Part shown: positions 9,994 to 19,008 of the stretch, piece by piece | Layout of the letters: every line of letters starts with the position of its first letter | Position numbering within the stretch: the stretch's first letter is position 1 | From: Polyangiaceae bacterium | GTDB lineage: Bacteria; Myxococcota_A; Polyangia; Polyangiales; Polyangiaceae | Reading direction: 5' to 3' | Assembly (NCBI GenBank): GCA_965222375.1 | Contig: CBDCTZ010000009.1 | Coordinates: 256,001 to 320,000 of the forward strand | Length of the DNA: 64,000 bases | The notes under the pieces: model-generated | Seen by the model: only the letters and a program-made list of their open reading frames with translations | Databases searched by the model: none | Told to the model about the DNA's origin: nothing | Position numbers and translations under genes: made by a program

Positions 9994-11948
9994 GCGCCGG
10001 CTCCTTTGACCTGACGCTCAGGTCGTTTGGGCGCCGCGGCACCCTTCGGAGCCCGCACCCAGGGCTTGCGGGTCAGCCAAATCGCATCGAGGACGACGAA
10101 GCCGAGGGCGAGCAGGGCCAACAGCCAAGCCCAGTCCGTGAAGGCGTCCGCCACCTCTGTCGCCGAAGCCACGCTCACCTTCGAGCTACCCTGCTCGATG
10201 GGACGGTCGCGAATGTCGCTCTCGGCGTCGCTCGCCAAGTTGGCTGCGACCAGGACAGAACCGGGCCGCGTGCCTTCCCAGCTGACGAAGTAGAAGCCGG
10301 CGCGACGAGCCTCGGGCACCACTGCTAGGCCCAAGCGAGCGAGGACTTCCGATTCGCTGCCGTCTGGGTGAGCTACTTTGACCTTGTCGATGTCGGGGGG
10401 CACGCGCACCCGTAATGGCTGTCCGGTGCGGGCTGGCCCAGTGATGCCTCGGGCGCGATGGGTGCGCGCGAGTTCGACGATGTTGCGCACAAACAGCACA
10501 AAAGACGCCTTCAGGGGCCAGTTGGACTCGCCTACATCGAAGGCCAGGAGGGTTCCGGTTCGGCCAGGCAGGGAGATGTCGCTCACGATTGCGCCGTCGC
10601 GGGTGCGGACCAGTGCGTCGTTGGGCCCCTCGATCTCTATCTTGTGCGCCGTCGATACTTCGACCCCATCCAGGGTCAGAAATCTGAGGCGCGGGTCCGA
10701 TTGGGCCCAGGAAGTGATCGGAGGGGCCTTGAGAGGCTTCGTGATCGTCGCGGTGCGGCAGCGACCCGGCTTTGGGTTCAAGATCAACAGATCGCCGCCG
10801 GGCAGGGCGGGCGGGCAGGCGCCGTCCACGACAACCAGCGCGTCCGGAGGTACATCAGCTGCAGGAAGCTTGGCGATATCGGTGCCTGACAGTTCCACGT
10901 CCGGATCGGCCAGTAGCGCCCGGCGCAGCCAGGGGTTGCCGCTGCTCGGGGCCAGCACCACCGGCAGACGTCGACCGGCGGGCACCCGGGAATAGGCCAC
11001 GTCGTCGGCCGGGAGGGCGTCACGGGGGGAGATCTCGACGACGAGGCCCGCGTCTCTATCTTGAGGCGCGGGCTCGAAAGCCAGCACCACCGGCGCCCGC
11101 TTGCCCGGCGTCAGGGTCAGCTTTCTGGATGCCAGAGGCGTCTCCACGTTGCGGAGCCGCAGCGTGACGAAGACCTCCCGCGGCGATGCCCCATAGTGTG
11201 CGATGGAGGCAAAGGCCTGGACTTCGTCCTTGCGGGTGGTGGGGTTCTTGCCGTCGCGAACGTCCACCCGGACGATCCCGCTGTTGTCCCGTGGCTGCCC
11301 AACACGCACCAAATCCAGGGGCAAACTGACATTGGCCATGGCCGTTGGGTCCGCCAACGCGCCGTCCGTGATCACCACGAGGCGCTTGTCCCCAGGCAGC
11401 TGCCTGAGTCGATCCGTAGCGAGGGCGATCGCTCGTCCCAAGCGGCCCTCCACATCCCGCGCATCGATTTGATCCACCGCCGCCTTCAGCCGCCGCTTGT
11501 CGCGGTCCAGCGGTGACGCAATCCGTGCGTCGGCGCCCGACTCGATGATGAGGGCATCGGCGCCTGGCGACAGGGCCGCGATGACGTCGTGAGCCGCCTG
11601 CTTGGCGAAATCGATTCGTCGCTCCTTGCCTCCGGGAGCGCCCATCGAAGCACTCGCATCCACGACGATGGCGACATGGTCACCCACGATGGCCCCGCCA
11701 CGGCTGGCGGGCTGAGCGAAAGCCAGAGCCAAGAGAATCAGAGCCAGTGCCTGGAGGAAGAGCGGGACCTGGGGGATCAGCCGCTTGAAGGGGCTCTTCG
11801 CCATCAGATCTCGTTGGGCCTGGACCCACAGCCAGGTGGAGGAGACGAGTTTGCGCTCTCGGCGCACCTTGAGGATGTACAGAACGACGAGCGGCGCCAG
11901 CAGTCCGAGCAGGGCCAATCCCCAGGGTGACCTCAGCTCCACCGGCAT
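9990..11948 (-). CDS. BatA-like vWA domain membrane protein
   Basis: BatA-type N-terminus (LRSPWGLALLGLLAPLVVLYILK...SSTWLW...LALAFAQP), MIDAS DASASM...VVITDG and a C-terminal TM helix. 4-nt overlap with the downstream gene. Confidence 0.85.
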   Translation of the reverse strand: MPVELRSPWGLALLGLLAPLVVLYILKVRRERKLVSSTWLWVQAQRDLMAKSPFKRLIPQVPLFLQALALILLALAFAQPASRGGAIVGDHVAIVVDASASMGAPGGKERRIDFAKQAAHDVIAALSPGADALIIESGADARIASPLDRDKRRLKAAVDQIDARDVEGRLGRAIALATDRLRQLPGDKRLVVITDGALADPTAMANVSLPLDLVRVGQPRDNSGIVRVDVRDGKNPTTRKDEVQAFASIAHYGASPREVFVTLRLRNVETPLASRKLTLTPGKRAPVVLAFEPAPQDRDAGLVVEISPRDALPADDVAYSRVPAGRRLPVVLAPSSGNPWLRRALLADPDVELSGTDIAKLPAADVPPDALVVVDGACPPALPGGDLLILNPKPGRCRTATITKPLKAPPITSWAQSDPRLRFLTLDGVEVSTAHKIEIEGPNDALVRTRDGAIVSDISLPGRTGTLLAFDVGESNWPLKASFVLFVRNIVELARTHRARGITGPARTGQPLRVRVPPDIDKVKVAHPDGSESEVLARLGLAVVPEARRAGFYFVSWEGTRPGSVLVAANLASDAESDIRDRPIEQGSSKVSVASATEVADAFTDWAWLLALLALGFVVLDAIWLTRKPWVRAPKGAAAPKRPERQVKGAGA

Positions 11949-12384
11949 GGCCGTGGACTCTAGCCCGGATCAAGCCTGAGCGCAGGACCGCCTCGGCTGG
12001 GCCTCATTCCCCTTCCCAGGCGGGAGCCGTCGGCCGGCCTGCAAGCCAAAGTCGCTCGGGAAAGCCCCGCAAATTCAGGCAGATCCGGCGCAGCAGCGCT
12101 ATCGCTGGCGTGTCGATCGGGCGCCCGCGTCGGGGCCATGGGGTTGTCGCAGACGTCGTTGAAGGACGCGCAGCGATCGATCCCGACACGGCGACCATCA
12201 ACGGGACGTGTTTCGCTGACAACGACTCGCCCGCGACAGTGACCTGATGTGGACGATGGTGGCAGTTGTCGAGCAAGAGCTCATCGGAGCCTAACAATTG
12301 ACAACGTCGAAGGGTGACGCGCGTAGATCGAAACAGAGCGTTGACCCGATGTAGGCAAACGCAGTCCCGCGATTTGGATCACAT

Positions 12385-12471
12385 GCTCGAGCGCCAAGCA
12401 CGACGTCGTCGATGCGAGTCTGCGGACGCGTTTGCCATCGGCGCTCGAGTGCTGGACACGCGTCGATGCGA
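12385..12471. repeat. Degenerate direct repeat upstream of the histone-like gene (possible regulatory sites)
   Basis: GCTCGAGcGC..CACG..CGTCGATGCGA at 12385-12417 and GCTCGAGtGC..CACG-CGTCGATGCGA at 12443-12471. The 11-mer CGTCGATGCGA is identical at 12407 and 12461. Confidence 0.4.
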
Positions 12472-12554
12472 AAACTCTTCCTTGACGAACGGGTAGACTT
12501 TGAAAGAAAATTCCTAAGCTAGCGGTTCAGTTGCCGCGACGAAGGGAAACACAC

Positions 12555-12812
12555 ATGGCAGTACGTAAGCGTAAGGCAAAGAAGAAGTCCTCAGCGGCGA
12601 AGGCCAAATCAGCGCAAAAGAAGGCGCGTCGTAAGAAGGCGAGTAAAAAGAAGGTAGCCAAAAAGAGGGCTGCACCGAGGAAGGCCAGCAAGAAGAGGGC
12701 GGGCAAGAAGAAAGCAGCCAAACGAGCTCCGGCACGCAAGGCGAGCAAGAAAGCACCCGCGCGGAAGGCAAGTCGCAAGAAGGCGAGTCGAAAAAAAGCG
12801 AGTCGCAAGTAG
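12555..12812 (+). CDS. Histone H1-like Lys/Arg/Ala-rich DNA-binding protein (85 aa)
   Basis: MAVRKRKAKKKSSAAKAK...KASRKKASRKKASRK, almost entirely K/R/A/S. Purine-rich RBS-like GAAGGGA upstream and hairpins immediately downstream. Confidence 0.8.
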   Translation: MAVRKRKAKKKSSAAKAKSAQKKARRKKASKKKVAKKRAAPRKASKKRAGKKKAAKRAPARKASKKAPARKASRKKASRKKASRK

Positions 12813-12883
12813 GCGGCCACTAGGCCGTCGCGCTCGCGAAGATTGCCGTCACGAGGGGTCGTCCTTTGCCGATACGCGAGCGC

Positions 12884-12933
12884 AACGTTTTGCATGGGGC
12901 GCGCCAGCCAGGCGCGCCCGGTGCAAACGCGTT
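12884..12933. terminator. Strong hairpin between convergent genes (probable bidirectional terminator)
   Basis: TTTGCA-tg-GGGCGCGCC-agcca-GGCGCGCCC-gg-TGCAAA. Further hairpins at 12812-12829 (GGCGGCC/GGCCGTC) and 12830-12883 (GCGCTCGCG/CGCGAGCGC). Confidence 0.55.
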
Positions 12934-12975
12934 TCGGAGCCCGGCTCTAGGGTAAGCATCTGAAACTATTATAGA

Positions 12976-13875
12976 TTAGTCCTGAGTCCGCGCTACGAAG
13001 CGCCGAACCACGCCCTCGAGGGGAGCGTCGGTCGTAGTGCGCACATAGGTCGCGCCATGTCGTTTCGAGAAGGCGCGCAGCTCTTCGATCAGCCCTGTCA
13101 CGCGCAGCACATAGGCATCGATCGCAGCAGCGTCGATCGTCACATCTACGGCCTGGCCCGTCTCCGAGTCGACCAATGCGAAATCTCCATCCAGCTCCGG
13201 CTCGAGTTCGCCGCGCATCAGTATCTGAATCAAGAAGAGATCGTGGCCAGCGGCTCGCGCCCGGCTCAGCGCGCTGAGCACGGGGCCCGCATCGAAGAAG
13301 TCGCTCAGAACCACGAGCATGCCTGGGCGAGGAGAGCGTTGGACGGCTTGGTCGACCGCCCGGGCTAGATCCACGGCCCCGGAAGCGTCTGCACTGGCCA
13401 GGTCTCGGAGCAACCCCGGCAGCCCCGCTCGACCGCGGCGTGGCGATGAAGTGCGTCGCAGTCCACTGCCGGCAGCCTCCGCCGCGCCCTGCGCTAGCAG
13501 CACCTGCGCGCGCTGTGAGCCCGCCAAAGCCATGTAGCCGACCGCTGCGGCGACTCGACGGGCGACGTCGATCTTCTTCGGATCGCCAAAGTCCAAGGAC
13601 GCGGAGGCATCGAGTAGCAGTCGCAGGACGACGTCTTCTTCCGAGCGGAACAGCTTCAGAACCGGTTCGCCGGTGCGAGCGTAGGCGAGCCAATCCACGC
13701 GCCTCAGATCGTCTCCGGGCACGTAGGCTCGATGCTCCTGGAATTCCGCCGAACCGCCACGACGCCGAGCCGTGTGCTCGCCGGCACCTCCAGAACGGGC
13801 CCGGATCTCCAGCCTTCGTCTCAAAGCCTCCAATTCGCGGGCGAAAGCCGGATCGAGCAGGGCTGGGTCGCTCAC
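12976..13875 (-). CDS. DUF58 family protein (vWA-like, MoxR-associated)
   Basis: Signature G..EFQEHRAYVPGDDLRRVDWLAYART, plus LLDASASL and VVLSDFF. Confidence 0.92.
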   Translation of the reverse strand: MSDPALLDPAFARELEALRRRLEIRARSGGAGEHTARRRGGSAEFQEHRAYVPGDDLRRVDWLAYARTGEPVLKLFRSEEDVVLRLLLDASASLDFGDPKKIDVARRVAAAVGYMALAGSQRAQVLLAQGAAEAAGSGLRRTSSPRRGRAGLPGLLRDLASADASGAVDLARAVDQAVQRSPRPGMLVVLSDFFDAGPVLSALSRARAAGHDLFLIQILMRGELEPELDGDFALVDSETGQAVDVTIDAAAIDAYVLRVTGLIEELRAFSKRHGATYVRTTTDAPLEGVVRRFVARTQD

Positions 13876-15638
13876 CCGGAACCGTCCTCCTCAGGCGTCT
13901 GACCCGGCGCCGGCGACAGGGCAGGCGGGGCGGGCTCCGCGCCCGGCGCTTCCGGCGCTGGCGCGGGTTCCGGAGCAGGCTCAACTTCCGCCGGCGGATC
14001 GTCTTCTGCCGCCAAGGTGTCGTCTAGCTTTGCGGCGCGAGCCTCGTGCTCCCGAACGATCCGCCGAGCTCGACTGGTGGCAGCCGTCAACATCCCGGCT
14101 CCCAAGAATCCCCAGCCCGCGGCCGCAATAGCTCCCGCGATCAAGGACAGTTCCTGATCTGCGCCACCGATCTTCTCGAGCATCACGAACACATAGAGGG
14201 GGGATGGCGACGCCACGAGCAGCGCTTCGTCGCTCCCGTCGCTCAAAATCCCTGCGATTGCCATGGCAAGCCATGGCCCCGCTAGGGCCAAGAACAGCAT
14301 ACCAACCAACAGTACCCGTGGTACGGCACTCGAAAGCGACCGCGCCCGGGCCCAGGCTGCGAAGCCGAACACGAACAGGAGGAATCCGCAGGAGTAGGTG
14401 GCGAAAGAGATCAACCGCGTCATGTCGTCGGTCGTCCCGCCGCGCAGAGCGCCCAGCAGGACTCCGGCTCCCGCGGTGAGCGCCAGGCCGCCGAGGGTGA
14501 GCACGATCCCGGTGACGGTTGCTTTCGCCAGCCCAGGCCCAAGGAAGCGCCGAAAACGGCCGACGCCCATGCGATCCCAATGCACCTGCACCCGGCGGGA
14601 TGGGCCTAGGGGCTCACCGGCGAAGACAAAAGCCGCAAAAGTGCCGAACACCACCAATACGCAGAGCCCGACGATGGGGGCCTCCACACCTGGCACGGCG
14701 ACCGCGCTGATGATGCAGCCCACGACCAGCAGCAACGTACTGACCAGGAACCAACGCCGCAGGCCGCTGGAGCGGTCGTCGCTGACGCCGGCCATATTGG
14801 CCAGTGTGACCTCGTAGAAGAACCAACCCGGCACCGCCACGCATAGCAGCGGTCCCGCCACGAGGAAGGTGAAGTACTCGACCCCGAAGTCCGCACGAGC
14901 ATAGGCGGCAGGGAGCCAGACGGGAGGGCCTCGGGGAATGGTCGGCCACAGATCGTGAGCCGCGAAGGAGAGCCCCACACCGCCGAGCAGGTACACAGCG
15001 GTGCTCAGGGGAAACGCGATGAGCAGCGTGACGACGATGGCCACGGCGGCGCTGGCGAATTTGCTGCTGATGGACAGCCCGAAGGCGACGGACAGTACAG
15101 CGATCAAGAACAGCAGCACGAAGGCGGCAAACACGTCCACCGCTGTGACTCCGCCGAAAAGGAAGGGTAGGGCGCCCACCGGTGACAACATCACGATGTA
15201 GAGGGAGATGTAGGTGAGGGACGCCAGGAATTTCCCTCGTGCGATGGTCGGCGTGCCCAGTCCGGTGAGCAGCAGGGCCTCCCAGGTGCGGCCGGACCGC
15301 TCGCTGGAAATGGTGCTGGCAGCCACGGCCGGCGCGACCCAGGTCACCACCGCGAAGGCCAGCGAGAAAAACACGTGGTAGAGCGAAGCGCCGACTTTGG
15401 CAGGCTCCGTAGCCACGCTGGCGACCCCACCGACGGAGCACATCAGCAGCGCCATCACGCCGGTGATGACGGCGAGAATTACGGGTGTCCGGGTCAGGCG
15501 GGCGGCCTGGCGCAGCTCTCGCATCCACACCGGGTTGGGGTCGTTGCGCAGATGGCTGACTCGGGCCCGGGCCCGATCGATGCCTCGCGACGAGGGCGGC
15601 GGCGGCACCACCATGGGGCGACCGGTTTGCACGCTCAT
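13872..15638 (-). CDS. ABC-2 type transporter permease
   Basis: NPVWMRELRQAAR and ISSERSGRTWEALLLT...IARGKFLA motifs, many TM helices, and 4-nt overlaps on both sides. Confidence 0.85.
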   Translation of the reverse strand: MSVQTGRPMVVPPPPSSRGIDRARARVSHLRNDPNPVWMRELRQAARLTRTPVILAVITGVMALLMCSVGGVASVATEPAKVGASLYHVFFSLAFAVVTWVAPAVAASTISSERSGRTWEALLLTGLGTPTIARGKFLASLTYISLYIVMLSPVGALPFLFGGVTAVDVFAAFVLLFLIAVLSVAFGLSISSKFASAAVAIVVTLLIAFPLSTAVYLLGGVGLSFAAHDLWPTIPRGPPVWLPAAYARADFGVEYFTFLVAGPLLCVAVPGWFFYEVTLANMAGVSDDRSSGLRRWFLVSTLLLVVGCIISAVAVPGVEAPIVGLCVLVVFGTFAAFVFAGEPLGPSRRVQVHWDRMGVGRFRRFLGPGLAKATVTGIVLTLGGLALTAGAGVLLGALRGGTTDDMTRLISFATYSCGFLLFVFGFAAWARARSLSSAVPRVLLVGMLFLALAGPWLAMAIAGILSDGSDEALLVASPSPLYVFVMLEKIGGADQELSLIAGAIAAAGWGFLGAGMLTAATSRARRIVREHEARAAKLDDTLAAEDDPPAEVEPAPEPAPAPEAPGAEPAPPALSPAPGQTPEEDGSG

Positions 15639-16903
15639 TGCAGATCCCCCCGGGTGACTTCGAGGAAGATGCGCTCCAGCTCGTTGCGCTCGGCCTCCAC
15701 GCCGACCACGCCGACGCCACTGGCGACCAGGTGCCGCACCACATCGGCGACAAAGCGATCGTCGCCGAAGTAGTAGATCATCAGCTGGCCGCCGGGGCCG
15801 GGCTCCACGCTGGTGATGCCCGTGCCGCCGGCGATCAAATGCACCACGGGTCGAGAGTCCCCCAAGACCCGCAGTTTCAAGCGCTTCCGTGCGGCTCCCG
15901 GAATGGCGGCGCCACCAGCGGTGATCTCGGGCACGGTGGTGGGTGGTGGCATCCCCGCCGCAGGCAGTACCGGTTGCATCGGCGCTTGCGGGACAGCTGG
16001 TTGCGCTGCCGTCGCTGCCCCGGCGGTGATGGGGGCGGCGGCCACTGCAGCCGCCGGTAGAGCGCCAGCGTCGGCCCCGGCCTCAGGCAGCCGCTCGGTG
16101 CTCGGTCCGAAATCTCCCGGCTGCGGCGCGCGCGCGGAAGGTGGTGGCGCGAAGTCTTGCTTCGGAGGTTCCGGCGCCACCTCTACATCCATGCCCACGG
16201 CGCTGGCGGCGCGCTGGGCTTCCAGGCGCTGGGCGATTTCCCCAATTGGGCCCGCCACGACCAAGCGGCCACGCTCCAGGATCCCCACTGACGTGCAGAC
16301 GTCGGATAGTTCCGTGAGGATGTGACTGGACAGGAAAATGGTCTTGCCCAGCTCGCGCAGTTCAAGCAGCAAGTCTCGGATCTCGATCCGCGCCCGGGGG
16401 TCAAGATCGCTGGCCGGCTCGTCGAGGATCAGGACCTTGGGATCGTGCAGCAGAATCCGCGCCAGCCCCAGGCGCTGTTTCATGCCCTTGCTCAGCGCGG
16501 CCACGAGGCGATCTTGAAGATTGCCCAGGTCAGTGAGCTCGATCACCGCGTCGACGACGTCGATGTTGGGCACCACGTAGGCGTCCGCGAAGAACTCCAG
16601 GTACTCGCGTACGGTGATGCGCTCGTATACGCCGGCGTGATCCGGCATGTAGCCGACCACCCGTCGCACCCGGTCCGGGTCGATGGCCACGTCGACGCCG
16701 TCGACCTCGACCCGGCCGGCCATTGGGTCGAGCAGGGTGGCCATGATTCGAATGGTGGTCGTCTTGCCGGCACCGTTCGGGCCGATGAAGCCGAAGATCT
16801 CGCCGTGGCCCACGTCGAAGCTGACGTCCCGCAATACGTCCATGTTGCCGTAGCGGTGCCAGAGGTGGCGTACCCGGATCGCGGGGGTCGGGGCGACGTT
16901 CAT
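15635..16903 (-). CDS. ABC transporter ATP-binding protein (exporter type) with a Pro/Ala-rich insertion
   Basis: GPNGAGKTT, LSKGMKQRL, LILDEP, SSHIL and C-terminal LERIFLEVT. Confidence 0.93.
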   Translation of the reverse strand: MNVAPTPAIRVRHLWHRYGNMDVLRDVSFDVGHGEIFGFIGPNGAGKTTTIRIMATLLDPMAGRVEVDGVDVAIDPDRVRRVVGYMPDHAGVYERITVREYLEFFADAYVVPNIDVVDAVIELTDLGNLQDRLVAALSKGMKQRLGLARILLHDPKVLILDEPASDLDPRARIEIRDLLLELRELGKTIFLSSHILTELSDVCTSVGILERGRLVVAGPIGEIAQRLEAQRAASAVGMDVEVAPEPPKQDFAPPPSARAPQPGDFGPSTERLPEAGADAGALPAAAVAAAPITAGAATAAQPAVPQAPMQPVLPAAGMPPPTTVPEITAGGAAIPGAARKRLKLRVLGDSRPVVHLIAGGTGITSVEPGPGGQLMIYYFGDDRFVADVVRHLVASGVGVVGVEAERNELERIFLEVTRGDLQ

Positions 16904-19008
16904 GGCACCCCGCCGTATCCGACGACGCGCAGTAGCAGTCTGTCAGTATCCAACCTCAGACCCGAGTCCACGACGCGGCCTTCGCCACCCTCGACTTGGG
17001 CGATCAGGGCCGGCACATCATCAGGCCACCAATCTACCTTGTTGCTCGCGGCCGCCTCGAGGGCTCCCCAGGCGGTGCCGCCACCCTGCACGGAGTCCTC
17101 GACCATCTTCAGAAACACATGGGCATCCAGTTCGTGACTGGACGGTGCGGTTCCGCCATAGCGACGACTGCCGATCGGCCCGGGCAGCTTCTTTCCGTCG
17201 CCGGCTTTGACGCTTTGCCCATCCTTGATTCGGTCGAAGAAGAATGCGTCGCCTCCGGGCAGCTTCACGATCGCCGCACGCAAGTCGTGGGCGGCTCGGT
17301 TGACCACGATCAGGTCTTTGCCCTTTTCGACCAAGCTGACCCCGCCGCCGAGCTTCACGAAGCTGTCTTCCCGCACAATCACGGTCTGCCACGGCTTCGC
17401 ACGCAGCTTCTCCAGACGCGCGCCGTCGCGATCGATCACCAAAATGCGGCTGTTGGCCTCCACTTCACCGTACAGATCCAGCACGCTGTCGTGGGACGAA
17501 CCGCGCACGACCAGCTCCGCGGAACTGGATGCGAAAAAGCCACGATATCGAGTGATGGATGCCCGGGACATTCCGGCGCCGGCTTCGATCAGCGACAGAT
17601 GCCGCGCGCGCCCCACCACGCCTTTGGCGACAGCCCCCAGAGCTACGATGAGCAGCATGGTGCCAAGGGCCCAGATCGGAAGATGCCACAGGGCGCTCAG
17701 GGGTTTGCCGCGCTTGGTGGCCAGGTAGAAGTTCACGGGGCCGGCCAACACGGCGTAGAGCAGTAGGATCAGCAGCGCGACCGCAATGGCCCAGCGCGCG
17801 CCTTCGTTGGGATCCAACACTCGGCGGATGTCTCCGCTTCGCGAAGAGTCCAACGGCGTCAGGCCGTGCTGAAAGGCGATGGAGTGTTGACGCGCCCAGG
17901 CATGCCGCACCAAGTCGACCAACTTGAGTTGAACCCAGCGATCTGTGACGTGGCTTTCCTTGGTCGCGTTGAAGGGCAACAGGTGCACCTCGCCGAGGCC
18001 GTAACTCGCGCTCACGCCCCAGGGGCTGGGACGTAGGTTGCCACCGGCGTAGGAAACCAGCTCCCCGGCGACGGTTTCACCGGGAGCCACCTCGGCGCGC
18101 ATCGATGCACCGAAGCCATGGCCGCCGTAGGGCATGGAGCCCGTGTTGGGGCGGGGAATGATGAACTCCGCCTTGCTCTTCAGGGCTGGAGCCGGGCTTG
18201 CGTTCTTGATGGCGCCGCCGACCAAGGTCTTCAGCACCGGGCTGCGCAAGTCCTCCGGGCGACTGATGTGAATCGCCAGCGCGCCTCCGCCGAGGACCCA
18301 GGACCCCAGGGCGCTGAGGGCAGGTCCGGTCAATCGGGCGACGGACTCACTCTTGGCCACGACGACGGTGACCATGGAGTAGCCGGCGGCTCGGGTGGGC
18401 AAGGCCGGGTCGCCCGTGGCGCGTTCGATCTGCGGGGAGCCCAATGCGAGCATGGGCGGGCCGTAGCTTCCCCTGAGCCGAGCACCTTTGACGGCGACGC
18501 GTCGCCCTCTCAGGCCCGATGTCAGCTTGCTCGGGGTCGTGAAGTCGAACAGCATCGGCTCCGGCATGCGCGGTTCCGGAAGCGTGTGACTGGCCAGGGT
18601 TTCGCCGTTCGAGTCCTTGGCGACGACCTGAAGCGCCGGAGTCGTACTCTGAAAACCGTGAGTTGGAAGCTTGAGGCTGACTCGGCCTTTGCCTGCCACA
18701 GCAAAGGGTGCCTGGGTGACGATGCGCTGGTCGTCGGAGGACCACGGAACCTCGGCCACGAGTTCCACGACCCCCTCGATCTGAGAGTCCGTGGTGTTCT
18801 CCAGCTGCACGACGCAGGCGAACCAGCCGCCGCCAGCGGGCGCGTCGCTACCCAACAGGGGCGCAGCGCCAAGCAGCAGTCCGGACTTGCCCTGCGCCCG
18901 AGAGTGAGACGACATAGACAGCACGATCAGCGCGGCGCTGCACGTGAGTCCGCGGACAATGACGAGCAAGCGCTTGCGGAGTGCGACAGCGGGAAAGCTG
19001 GATGTCAT
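16900..19008 (-). CDS. Conserved membrane protein of MoxR/vWA/ABC clusters (extracytoplasmic domain plus two central TM helices)
   Basis: Signal-like N-terminus, ALGSWVLGGGAL and YGLGEV segments, and TM pair around LLLYAVLAGPVNFYL. Translationally coupled on both sides. Confidence 0.7.
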   Translation of the reverse strand: MTSSFPAVALRKRLLVIVRGLTCSAALIVLSMSSHSRAQGKSGLLLGAAPLLGSDAPAGGGWFACVVQLENTTDSQIEGVVELVAEVPWSSDDQRIVTQAPFAVAGKGRVSLKLPTHGFQSTTPALQVVAKDSNGETLASHTLPEPRMPEPMLFDFTTPSKLTSGLRGRRVAVKGARLRGSYGPPMLALGSPQIERATGDPALPTRAAGYSMVTVVVAKSESVARLTGPALSALGSWVLGGGALAIHISRPEDLRSPVLKTLVGGAIKNASPAPALKSKAEFIIPRPNTGSMPYGGHGFGASMRAEVAPGETVAGELVSYAGGNLRPSPWGVSASYGLGEVHLLPFNATKESHVTDRWVQLKLVDLVRHAWARQHSIAFQHGLTPLDSSRSGDIRRVLDPNEGARWAIAVALLILLLYAVLAGPVNFYLATKRGKPLSALWHLPIWALGTMLLIVALGAVAKGVVGRARHLSLIEAGAGMSRASITRYRGFFASSSAELVVRGSSHDSVLDLYGEVEANSRILVIDRDGARLEKLRAKPWQTVIVREDSFVKLGGGVSLVEKGKDLIVVNRAAHDLRAAIVKLPGGDAFFFDRIKDGQSVKAGDGKKLPGPIGSRRYGGTAPSSHELDAHVFLKMVEDSVQGGGTAWGALEAAASNKVDWWPDDVPALIAQVEGGEGRVVDSGLRLDTDRLLLRVVGYGGVP

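Noticed and set aside
12040..12085. c-di-GMP-I riboswitch-like words (CAAA...GAAA...GCAAA)
   Set aside because: The required P2 pairing around the GAAA tetraloop and the downstream P3 are not present.
12514..12895. Hydrophobic minus-strand ORFs (12527..12895 and 12514..12771)
   Set aside because: These are antisense shadows of the Lys-rich gene; the F/L/A richness is simply the reverse complement of AAG/GCG codons.
12947..15753. Long alternative-frame ORFs (12947..13984, 345 aa; 14614..15753, 379 aa) and similar ones such as 44340..45725 and 56254..57681
   Set aside because: They are Arg/Gly/Pro-rich or antisense shadow ORFs overlapping well-supported genes, as expected in high-GC DNA.
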